This document shows positions 28,001-35,186 of a stretch of 35,186 nucleotides of DNA, in pieces (the first letter of the stretch is position 1; every line of letters begins with the position of its first letter). A program made the translations under genes and the position numbers. Location: the sequence record DRR378314_2328; one strand, given 5' to 3'. Below the pieces are notes generated by a model. That model made no database searches. It was not told where the DNA came from and saw only the letters and a program-made list of their open reading frames with translations.

Positions 28001-28314
28001 GCGCCCTTGTCGAGCCCCTCCAGCAGCGAGGGCTGGTTATGTGGCTCCAACCGGAAATGAAAAGGATGCTCTTGGGCGCGAGCGGTTGCGTTCAAAAGCG
28101 AAACCGTGGGGGCCCATGCCTCAAGCGCTCTGGTCGCCCCCTCAGAGGCCAGCACCCCAATGGTGATCTCCGTATCATCCTCATGAACGTCCTGTGCCGT
28201 TGCCGGCCCCAGACAAGCCAAAGTGACCGCAACCAAAAGCACCCGGAACAGAAAAAACTTCCGCAACTGCAACGCAGAATCCAAAACGGCGATGAAAGAC
28301 TCCATGCCCCTCAT
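25021..28314 (-). CDS. Membrane sensor histidine kinase: PhnD/TtrS-like periplasmic domain, 2 PAS, HisKA, HATPase, ~250-aa atypical C-terminal tail
   Basis: IGVLA..G...A...W.PT and STPLFPEW in the periplasmic domain; TM WPTLAVAALIILSLLFL; PAS/PAC motifs; H-box FISTVSHELRTPLTSI; N-box NLMSNAVKFS; G-boxes DFGEGIP and GGSGLGLSI. Alternative start at 28305. Confidence 0.92.
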   Translation of the reverse strand: MRGMESFIAVLDSALQLRKFFLFRVLLVAVTLACLGPATAQDVHEDDTEITIGVLASEGATRALEAWAPTVSLLNATARAQEHPFHFRLEPHNQPSLLEGLDKGAIDVFVSDPAAFAIAEVEEGARAILSMAYMWENRTYSQTGALVFTRSDRPISGYEGLAGLRVMAMDPNELTGWKLALQEARKYRVDPESISGDLLFSGGNQREVVYAVQNGLVDVGVIRAGVLERLAEQGAIDLKDFLPVAPSGHPGFPFWISTPLFPEWVMGSLPNVPDDALGHLIGTLLSIDAQSPEAQAAGGIVWQAPQNYRPVHDLLISLHARPYENYIQQAGARIYRDYKWPTLAVAALIILSLLFLVTELIRTARLAETRKNVLNSEVRSKQFYRNAIEDHTVFCMLTKDGEISHVNDHFVSALDRTRSSLVRSPLASILDETNQELMQSQIMRAMKAGATWQGALQLLKRDGKLAWVQCTFIPVTGTSNKLSEVAIVASDVTKTRAGVSEKRFNNTLELIQDQVVVLRPGTLDVLYVNAAAGKRLIANRMGGDWTGKTAANFITKDDLEVLKLRCAALAEGPERRATWEVSAKAGVTYEISLEYAQPDQEEPRLIAIYRDISERKEIERAKTAFISTVSHELRTPLTSIKGSLGLALSGAAGEMPAKMNSLVNMAAKNCDNLVTMINDILDLENFEAGKMNYQLEIFDLGKMLSTALAANKFGADRFGVTVRLLPDDHDGAALTYGDPKRLTQVIDNLMSNAVKFSDAGSEVVVSLKEVAGRWRISIRDFGEGIPKHAQPTMYDKFTQADSSDTRSKGGSGLGLSIVKMIVEQHKGQISFVSKEGIGTEFFVDLPVVVGETVMSIPKAARNVENPVRFSDDPAVSTDDDLEDVGETVTARLLAQARAAGLEVELTAGRYTPQQLVEGRSDEGMPLAVNWFGDAERGIMADMLADGQITDRDLCMIESRHSQDPNSTSTTRGMALMEVVQKWLGVCQDLTDDGTTPDLMAMIKESPLKVWAQGCDITAVSEISELAAVSDSRQPDLVAHYSVNNQGATISLYPMAKGKLPADWPVLLIVSRVAGVASGKGVVSKFSSSGGGKTRRRV

Positions 28315-28630
28315 CCTTTGTTCAACGCAATATAGAGGCCCCCGAAAGGGGCCGCGGTGGGTTCTGTAGTCCGGTTACGATCAATCACCTGCATTGCCCG
28401 CACGCAGGGCATCAAGCTCACAATCCGTCTAATATACATGAAATGCCATCAGCCAGTCAGGCCGGTCCGCTTTCTTTCCTTTATGGGGTCGCACCACCAA
28501 GGAGGTCTTGCTTGCCTTCTGGCAAAAGGCCCTAAAGAAACCGCAAACTGGTCATTCTTGGGACAGGTTAATGTATGCCACATAAATATGGCAAAAGTTA
28601 GACCCAATCGAATCTCTCTTGAAAATCACT

Positions 28631-28800
28631 TTAAATCAATGGGATTCGAAACGGCGCGGCAAACGATTTAGGGTGGCCAATTTTCCAGATCAGCACGACG
28701 ACACCTGTCAGAATAACCAATGCCGGGCAGATAAACCCATCGCATTCAGCACCCCATACGCATCAGCAAGCGCACCACTCACAATCACCAGCACAGAGAG
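28631..28800 (-). pseudogene. C-terminal remnant of an MFS transporter (frameshifted)
   Basis: Minus strand reads LSVLVIVSGALADAYGVLNAM, then in a shifted frame CPALVILTGVVVLIWK. The G.LAD..G loop plus a final TM helix is typical of MFS TM11-12. No start found. Confidence 0.5.
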
Positions 28801-28965
28801 AAGCTAGATAAATGTTCAGTGGTTGTCTTGGGTGAACAATTGTTGGACTTTATCGCGTTCCTCCTGATGAGCACGGATTTGCTTCATCACGTGCATTCTC
28901 AAGGCGGCTCAATACTAAATTTGGCATGGCACACAGTAAGCCATCACGGCCCTGAGACCCGCCTG

Positions 28966-30570
28966 CTACAGCCAGTCTTTCCTGATCAAATCGCTCGCCC
29001 GTTCTGCGATCATGACAGTGGGTGAGTTTGTGTTGCCCGATGTGATGCTCGGCATGATCGAGGCGTCAACAACCCTTAGGCCAGTGACCCCGTTGACCCG
29101 TAGCTCTGGATCAACAACCGCACGAGTATCCATCCCCATGCGTGCTGTACCGACAGGATGAAAGATTGTTGAGGCGATCTGAGCCGCCCCAGCAATCAAC
29201 TCCTCGTCTGATTCCGCACGCTTTCCGGGTTTGAACTCCTCAGGCTGGTATTGCGACAGCGGCGCCTGCTCCATAATCTTTCGCGTCAGGCGAATGGCCC
29301 GCACCGCGGTTGCGCGATCATTCTGTGTCGACAGATAGTTGGGTTGTATTTCTGGATGTGCTTTTGAATCAGGTGAGGTGATATGCACATGCCCTCTGCT
29401 CTCAGGGCGCAAATGACAAACGCTCGCCGTGATCGCAGGGAAGGGATGAGGGGCCTGCCCAAAGGCTTCCAGCGACACAGGTTGGACGTGATATTCAAGA
29501 TCTGGCGTTTCGATATCCTGATGGGACCGCGCAAATGCCCCAAGCTGGCTTGGAGCCATCGACATCGGCCCGCTGCGTTTCAACGCATACTCAAGGCCGA
29601 TCTTGGCCTTGCCCCACAGGGACGCGCTCATGGTGTTGAGCGTCTTTGCGCCCTTGATCTTATAGGCACAGCGTATCTGCAGATGGTCTTGCAAATTGCC
29701 GCCGACGTCAGGCGCGTCTTGGCGCACCTCAATACCATATTTCTGCAAAAGCGCGCCTGGCCCAATACCGGACAATTGCAGCAGTTGCGGCGTCCCGATG
29801 GCCCCAGAGGCCAGGATCACTTCGCGTTTCGCGGTAACGCAAGCTGGTTGACCCTGTCGTAGGAACTGAATCCCCTTTGCGCGTTTGTCCACAAAGAGAA
29901 TGCGTTCGGCCTGCGCATGTGTCATCACCTTGAGGTTGGGCCGGTTCATAGCGGGTCGCAGGAAACCTTTCGATGTACTCCAACGCCACCCGGAACGCTG
30001 GTTCACTTTGAAATAGCCAACGCCAAAATTATCACCACGGTTAAAGTCAGATGTCTCCGGGATTCCCGCATCAACAGCTGCCGCTTTCCAAGAGTCAAGA
30101 ATGTCCCATTTCAACCGTTGTTCTTCAACACGCCATTCGCCACCCGCGCCATGCCCGTCGACCTCACCAGCGAAATAATCTTCAGACTTGATAAAATACG
30201 GCAGAACGTCATCCCAGCCCCAGCCAGAACATCCCATTTGACGCCACCCGTCATAATCTGCGGCCTGTCCACGAATATACAGCATGCCGTTAATCGACGA
30301 ACACCCACCCAAGACACGCCCACGGGGATACAATAGTTTGCGCCCGCCCAGACCTTCACAGGCGGCTGTTGAAAACCCCCAGTCAGTACGCGGGTTGCCG
30401 ATACAATACAGATAACCAACGGGAATATGGATCCAATGGTAGTTGTCTTTGCCCCCCGCTTCCAACAGAAGCACACGGGCATTGGGGTCCTCGCTCAGGC
30501 GGTTGGCAAGAACGCAGCCTGCAGACCCCGCACCCACGATCACGAAATCAAATTCACCGAAATCCTGCAA
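28966..30570 (-). CDS. GMC-family FAD oxidoreductase (choline dehydrogenase / 3-hydroxypropionate dehydrogenase-like)
   Basis: FAD motif GAGSAG, RGRVLGGCSSING, NLQDH, FHPVGTARMG, GLRVVDASIMP, SGNTNSP; TTG start with AAGGAGG RBS. Confidence 0.93.
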   Translation of the reverse strand: MQDFGEFDFVIVGAGSAGCVLANRLSEDPNARVLLLEAGGKDNYHWIHIPVGYLYCIGNPRTDWGFSTAACEGLGGRKLLYPRGRVLGGCSSINGMLYIRGQAADYDGWRQMGCSGWGWDDVLPYFIKSEDYFAGEVDGHGAGGEWRVEEQRLKWDILDSWKAAAVDAGIPETSDFNRGDNFGVGYFKVNQRSGWRWSTSKGFLRPAMNRPNLKVMTHAQAERILFVDKRAKGIQFLRQGQPACVTAKREVILASGAIGTPQLLQLSGIGPGALLQKYGIEVRQDAPDVGGNLQDHLQIRCAYKIKGAKTLNTMSASLWGKAKIGLEYALKRSGPMSMAPSQLGAFARSHQDIETPDLEYHVQPVSLEAFGQAPHPFPAITASVCHLRPESRGHVHITSPDSKAHPEIQPNYLSTQNDRATAVRAIRLTRKIMEQAPLSQYQPEEFKPGKRAESDEELIAGAAQIASTIFHPVGTARMGMDTRAVVDPELRVNGVTGLRVVDASIMPSITSGNTNSPTVMIAERASDLIRKDWL

Positions 30571-30795
30571 AAAGGCCTCCTTTTCAGACGCGTTCCCAGC
30601 ATTCTCTGGGTGTGCGTGTTGTCACTCTCCCTAAAAGGGCTGCGTTAATCCATAGAAGGAAGCAGCATTTTTGCACTTCTGCTGTCGAAAAACGTTCATA
30701 GGGTTTCAAACCCGCGGCCCCCTAAGTTGCCTGAGATCAAAACCGAACACGTTCTTTGAGTTTGGGAAATTTGGTCGCAATAGGGAGGAATATCA

Positions 30796-31896
30796 ATGAC
30801 GTTTGTTAAGACACTTCAAAGCACTTCTATGGCTGTAAGCCTTGCTTCTGCGTTTTCGATCACCGGGTTGGCCGCATCTGCAGAAGAGGTGCAAGAACTG
30901 AAATGGGCCGTGCCCATCAGCTTTTCTTCAAACCTCACGGCCTTGGGTGACACCCTGCCATGGGTTGCGGAGCAGTTGAAAAACGCCTCGGGTGGGAAGA
31001 TCGAATTTGAAGTCTTTGAACCCAACAAAATGATCCCGGCGCTTTCGGTTTTTGAAAGCACGGCCACGGGACAGATCGAAGTTGGTTACAGCTGGATGGG
31101 ATATGAGCGTGGGCAGGTACCTGCCTCGGCCCTCTTTGGTGCAACCCCGTTCGGACTGGAGCCTGCGCAATTCATCGCTTGGATGTATCAGGCTGATGGC
31201 AACGCGCTTTTGCAAGAGTTATTTGAGCCTTACAATGTGCATCCGATCCTGTGTGGGGTCATCTCACCAGAAGCCGCTGGTTGGTTCAAGTTCCCTATTG
31301 AAACTGTTGAACAATTGGCAGGCTTGAAGTTCCGCGCTGCGGGACTGGGCGGCGAGATCATGAAAGAGGTCGGGATGTCGGTGACCGTCCTTCCGGGCGG
31401 CGAACTTTATCAGGCGCTGGAAACCGGTGTTCTGGACGCGACCGAATTTTCCCTGCCAACGGTGGATGAGCAGCTTGGGTTCTATCAGGTTGCGAAATAC
31501 TACCATCTGCCAGGCTGGCACCAACCCTCAACTTCACAGTATTTGTACATCAACGGCGATGTTTGGGACGACCTGAACAAAACAACACAGTCGCTGATCG
31601 AAACCTCATGCATGGCGGGCGTCACCTATGCGATGGCCCGGGCCGAGGCACTGCAAGGCGCGGTTCTGAACTCTTTTGAAGACAAAGGCGTAACGGCAGA
31701 ACAGCTTCCTGAAGAGGTTCTTCAAAAATTCCGTGATGCAACCGAAGTCGTCATGACCCGCGAAGCTGAAGCCGACCCCATGTTTGCCAAGATCTACGGC
31801 TCCATGGTGGCATTCAAAGCCGAAAACGCGTCATGGCATGCGCTCGGCTATCTGCCGCGGGACTGGGCGTGGGACAACGCTTCAAAGCCCGAATAA
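30796..31896 (+). CDS. dctP: TRAP transporter substrate-binding protein (DctP, TakP-like)
   Basis: Signal peptide; GGKIEF, PFG, AGWF, GLKFR..GLG (conserved Arg), ELYQALETGVLDA.EF, PGWHQP. Confidence 0.92.
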   Translation: MTFVKTLQSTSMAVSLASAFSITGLAASAEEVQELKWAVPISFSSNLTALGDTLPWVAEQLKNASGGKIEFEVFEPNKMIPALSVFESTATGQIEVGYSWMGYERGQVPASALFGATPFGLEPAQFIAWMYQADGNALLQELFEPYNVHPILCGVISPEAAGWFKFPIETVEQLAGLKFRAAGLGGEIMKEVGMSVTVLPGGELYQALETGVLDATEFSLPTVDEQLGFYQVAKYYHLPGWHQPSTSQYLYINGDVWDDLNKTTQSLIETSCMAGVTYAMARAEALQGAVLNSFEDKGVTAEQLPEEVLQKFRDATEVVMTREAEADPMFAKIYGSMVAFKAENASWHALGYLPRDWAWDNASKPE

Positions 31897-31930
31897 TCAA
31901 GAGCAGTGAAGAGAGGAGGAGGGAGTAAAA

Positions 31931-32515
31931 ATGCCGCATCTCGTAGAAGATACGCCAACGGCTGTCCATAGCCATTTAGTTGGGTCACCCCCCCTCCTTT
32001 CACGACTTATCGACAGGGTCATCCGGTTTATTTCAGTCACGGCTCATCTCAGCTGGCTGGTCCTGATCGTCGTCATTATCTCAAACGTGGTGTTGCGCTA
32101 TGTATTGGCAGACAGTTCTGTCGCGCTGGAGGAATGGCAATGGCACCTCTATGGATATGGCTTCATGGTGGGCATCGCCTATTGCCTTGTCGAAGACCAG
32201 CATGTGCGTGTTGACGTCCTGTCAGAGCACTGGTCGCCCCGTCGGCGGGCGTGGGTTGATTTACTTGCCATGTTTATCCTGGTCATGCCCTTCGCATTTG
32301 TAGTTGCCCGCGACTCGATCCCATTTGTTGAGTTCTCCCATCAGCTGAACGAAGTCTCCAGATCGCCGGGCGGCCTGTCTCATCGCTGGATCATCAAAGC
32401 CGTTATTCCTTTCTCGATGGCATTGGTGTTTTTGGCGGCGCTTTCTAGAGCACTGTTGATGGTCAAGATCATACTGGAGTCACCATCTGTCCAACAAGGA
32501 ACTCCAAATGTTTGA
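31931..32515 (+). CDS. dctQ: TRAP transporter small permease (DctQ)
   Basis: Four TM helices; NVVLRY, LEEWQWHLY, HVRVDV, E.S.SPGGL..RW.IK. Confidence 0.92.
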   Translation: MPHLVEDTPTAVHSHLVGSPPLLSRLIDRVIRFISVTAHLSWLVLIVVIISNVVLRYVLADSSVALEEWQWHLYGYGFMVGIAYCLVEDQHVRVDVLSEHWSPRRRAWVDLLAMFILVMPFAFVVARDSIPFVEFSHQLNEVSRSPGGLSHRWIIKAVIPFSMALVFLAALSRALLMVKIILESPSVQQGTPNV

Positions 32516-33878
32516 TCTTGCAGTTAATGAACTGCTCGTTAGCGGTATGCTTCTCAGCTTCATCGCCCTGCTGTTTCTGGGTGTGCCGGTTGTCTGGTCT
32601 CTGGCTGGTGTATCGTTCGGGACAGCCCTGATTGCTCTGGGGTTGCATAATTACGCAGGTGCCGACACCCATTTCCTTGACAGCTGGCGCGACTATTCAA
32701 TTATCGTGCCCCGCATTTGGTCCATTGTCGAAAATGGCGTATTGGTTGCACTGCCCTTGTTTGTGTTTATGGGCCTTATGCTGGATCAATCTGGTTTGGC
32801 AGAAACCCTGATGCGGGAATTTGCTGCCACTCTGGGCCGCTTTAGTGGCGGACTGGCAGTAGCGGTGATCCTGATTGGCATTTTGCTTGCGGCCTCAACC
32901 GGGATCGTAGGTGCATCGGTGGTATTGCTGACTACCGTTGCCATGCCAATCATGCTGGAACAGGGGTATGATCGCAGGCTGGCCGCGGGTGTTATTGCCT
33001 CGGCAGGCACGCTGGGCATTCTAATCCCACCTTCCATTATGTTGATCATTATGGCCGATCAGCTTGCCCTATCTGTGGGTGAACTCTTTATGGGTGCATT
33101 GGTCCCCGGAATACTTCTGGGGCTTTCTTACCTTGTCTATGTTGTTGCGGCTGTTTCATTGAACCCCGCTTTGGCACCCCGTCCCGCCAATGTGACCCCG
33201 CTGACCGCACAGGGGTTGCTGCGCACGTTCCTTGCCGTCATGCCGCCGCTTGGTTTGATGGTCGCTGTGCTTGGCTCCATCTTTGCCGGTATCGCAACCC
33301 CGACGGAAGCGGCGGGGATTGGGGCACTCGGCGCGACTTTGCTTGCATTCGCAAACGGCCGCCTTTCCCTAACGGTGCTTTATGAGGTTGCCCGCCGGAC
33401 AACCCTAACAACATCCTTCATCTTTGGGATATTCATCGGCGCAACAGCATTTGCCTTGGTCATGCGTGCCCTTGGGGGCGACGACATCATTGCCGCCGGG
33501 CTACATTCAATACCCTTTGGCAGTACCGGTGTTGTTGTGACGATCCTGATCTTCGCCTTTATCGCAGGGTTCTTTCTGGACTGGCTGGAAATCACACTAA
33601 TTTTCCTGCCCCTCGTCGGCCCTGTTGTGGTTGGCGATCTGGGCTATGACCCCATCTGGTTTGTCATTCTGTTCTCAGTGGCCCTCCAGACATCATTCAT
33701 CACACCACCTGTTGGATTCTCTTTGTTTTACCTCAAAGGTGCTGCACCAAGCGAGGTCACCACACCTGAGATATACAAAGGCATCATCCCCTTTGTGATA
33801 ATCCAACTACTCATAGTTGTGCTGATTATTTCACGCCCGGAAGTCGTAACATGGCTGCCGCAACTCGTATACGATTGA
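32508..33878 (+). CDS. dctM: TRAP transporter large permease (DctM)
   Basis: L.ALPLFVFMG, GGLA, AASTGIVGASV, GTLGILIPPS, GIATPTEAA, FFLDW.EI, LQTSF.TPP.GF.LFYL.G. Confidence 0.95.
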   Translation: MFDLAVNELLVSGMLLSFIALLFLGVPVVWSLAGVSFGTALIALGLHNYAGADTHFLDSWRDYSIIVPRIWSIVENGVLVALPLFVFMGLMLDQSGLAETLMREFAATLGRFSGGLAVAVILIGILLAASTGIVGASVVLLTTVAMPIMLEQGYDRRLAAGVIASAGTLGILIPPSIMLIIMADQLALSVGELFMGALVPGILLGLSYLVYVVAAVSLNPALAPRPANVTPLTAQGLLRTFLAVMPPLGLMVAVLGSIFAGIATPTEAAGIGALGATLLAFANGRLSLTVLYEVARRTTLTTSFIFGIFIGATAFALVMRALGGDDIIAAGLHSIPFGSTGVVVTILIFAFIAGFFLDWLEITLIFLPLVGPVVVGDLGYDPIWFVILFSVALQTSFITPPVGFSLFYLKGAAPSEVTTPEIYKGIIPFVIIQLLIVVLIISRPEVVTWLPQLVYD

Positions 33879-33898
33879 GGCCAAGAGGGAGACCACAC

Positions 33899-34792
33899 GT
33901 GCAATTCAATTGGGATGACATTCGAATATTCCTCGAAATCCAGCGTACTGGCCGATTGAGCCGCGCAGCAAAACGGCTTGGCGTGAGCCACACCACCATT
34001 GCGCGGCGCATACGGCAATTGGAAACGCGTTTTGGGTGCCATCTATTCGAACCCACTGGCGGGGGCCTCATATTGACCGAAGCAGGTCAGGAGATGCTTC
34101 AGAAAGCCATGGAAATGGAAAACTCCGCCATCGACATTTCATCGCGGATCTCCCGGCTGGAGGGTAAGAACCGAGGGCGTGTACGTGTTGGCGCACCGGA
34201 TGGCTTTGGGAATGCGGTGCTTTCACATATTTTGCCAGAACTGGTTAAGACCCATCCCGGCACCGAGATCGAGTTTGTCCCGGTTCCTGCGGCGCATAAG
34301 TTGTGGCGCAGAGATGTTGATATAGCGGTGAGTCTGGATCGCCCGATGGCGGGCCGCGTGATCATACGAAAACTGACGGACTATGATCTTCTGCTTTATG
34401 CTGGTCCGGATTTTTTTACCGATCAAACGTCGCCAACATGCCGCGAAGACCTCAAGGAATTTCCTTTTATCGGCTACATTGACGAGTTGCTTTACACACC
34501 TGAATTAGACTTCAACAGGGGCATTCTTTCTGATCTCAATGTCGTCTACCGTGCAGCAACCGTTAAGGCGCAATTCGACGCCGTGCGGAACAACGCAGGT
34601 CTGGGTGTGCTTCCTTGCTTTATGGCGCGAGATACTGATCTTGTCCCGATTTTGCCCGATGAGATCAATTTCACACGTACATATTGGCTACTTTATCCTG
34701 AGGAATACCGGCTATTGCCCCAAATTCAGGCGGTCAGCAGCTTCATCCACAAACGGACAAACGATATGGGTGCAGTTTTCCGGTCCCAGTGA
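33899..34792 (+). CDS. LysR-family transcriptional regulator
   Basis: WDDIRIFL......LSRAAKRLGVSHTTIARRI..LE HTH; GRVRVGAPDGFG; GLGVLPCF. GTG start with GAGGGAG RBS. Confidence 0.93.
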   Translation: MQFNWDDIRIFLEIQRTGRLSRAAKRLGVSHTTIARRIRQLETRFGCHLFEPTGGGLILTEAGQEMLQKAMEMENSAIDISSRISRLEGKNRGRVRVGAPDGFGNAVLSHILPELVKTHPGTEIEFVPVPAAHKLWRRDVDIAVSLDRPMAGRVIIRKLTDYDLLLYAGPDFFTDQTSPTCREDLKEFPFIGYIDELLYTPELDFNRGILSDLNVVYRAATVKAQFDAVRNNAGLGVLPCFMARDTDLVPILPDEINFTRTYWLLYPEEYRLLPQIQAVSSFIHKRTNDMGAVFRSQ

Positions 34793-34808
34793 GCACTGAT
34801 GCACACCC

Positions 34809-34925
34809 GCGCCATTTGAGAGCACAGACGAGTTTTGTGAACCCTAAATAGTTGCCGGCCAACTCATCGTATTGTGCCGCGCCCCCACGGAAGTGTTTGA
34901 ACTTAATGAAGCGACCGCTCAACTG
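34809..34925 (-). pseudogene. IS5-family (IS427-like) transposase C-terminal remnant
   Basis: Minus strand RFIKFKHFRGGAAQYDELAGNYLGFTKLVCALKW resembles the conserved IS5 tail F.KLK.FR..ATRYDK.A.NYL.F..LA....W; the rest of the transposase is absent. Confidence 0.65.
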
Positions 34926-35128
34926 CCTTGCGGTCCTGGGAAAGAACCGCATCAGCTGCATCCAAAGGGCCAAAGGCATGCCAAAACCTGCAACTAGGGC
35001 CAAATTGCATATCGAGTTCTCATAGGTGAACCGAGACCGCTCGTCCCCCCAAAGCTCAGCCGCTCTGAACGGAGACATCACCCAAATTTTCCAAAGCGCA
35101 CATGCCCTTGGGAAAATGTGATTAAAAG

Positions 35129-35186
35129 TGGTGAGCCCGTCCGGGTTCGAACCGGAGACCTACTGATTAAAAGTCAGTTGCTCTAC
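35129..35186 (-). tRNA. tRNA-Lys (anticodon TTT), 5' end cut off by window edge
   Basis: Minus strand GTAGAGCAACTGACT-TTT-AATCAGTAGGTCTCCGGTTCGAACCCGGACGGGCTCACCA: anticodon arm, TTCGAA T-loop and encoded CCA. Confidence 0.96.

Noticed and set aside
28337-28353. Hairpin GGCCCC-CGAAA-GGGGCC as a terminator or riboswitch upstream of the kinase
   Set aside because: No U-tract on either strand and no recognisable aptamer; at most a leader stem.
28357-28671. 104-aa plus-strand ORF and neighbours (28619-28807, 28819-29025)
   Set aside because: No RBS or protein-like features; they overlap the kinase promoter region and the MFS remnant.
28816-28896. Short minus-strand frame MHVMKQIRAHQEERDKVQQLFTQDNH as another transposase scrap
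   Set aside because: Too short and too weakly similar to assign.
28966-30570. Calling the GMC enzyme betA
   Set aside because: No betB/betI/betC context and the N-terminal signature fits a different GMC subfamily; gene symbol withheld.
34743-35081. 112-aa ORF as an intact gene
   Set aside because: Only a ~39-aa segment resembles an IS5 transposase tail; no DDE core or clear terminal inverted repeats, so it is treated as a remnant.

Overview
Alphaproteobacterial DNA, most likely Rhodobacteraceae/Roseobacter-group (inferred from gene content). About 1-25 kb is the right-hand part of an alpha-type flagellar gene cluster: partial flgN-like, fliC, fliI, flgB, flgC, fliE, fliQ, a lytic transglycosylase, flhA, fliR, flhB, motE-like, DUF6468-like, fliM, fliL, fliF, fliH, fliN, fliP, fliG, DUF1217, flbT, flaF, motB, motA and fliJ-like. 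CtrA boxes lie upstream of several operons. Hook and ring genes are presumably beyond the left edge. Embedded in the cluster is a regulatory block: an OmpR-type regulator whose receiver cannot be phosphorylated, a MucR/Ros protein and three unknown ORFs. A 1097-aa TtrS-like PAS histidine kinase follows. By-eye alignment suggests that two of the unknown ORFs and the kinase C-terminal tail share an unnamed ~55-aa motif. FliM lacks the CheY-binding peptide, and a TATCCTT motif recurs in the flagellar promoters. Together these point to a possibly undescribed, chemotaxis-independent flagellar control module. From ~28.6 kb there is an islet (MFS remnant, GMC oxidoreductase, TRAP transporter, LysR, IS5-family remnant) ending at a tRNA-Lys(TTT) cut by the window edge. 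All calls come from reading the sequence; no searches were run.
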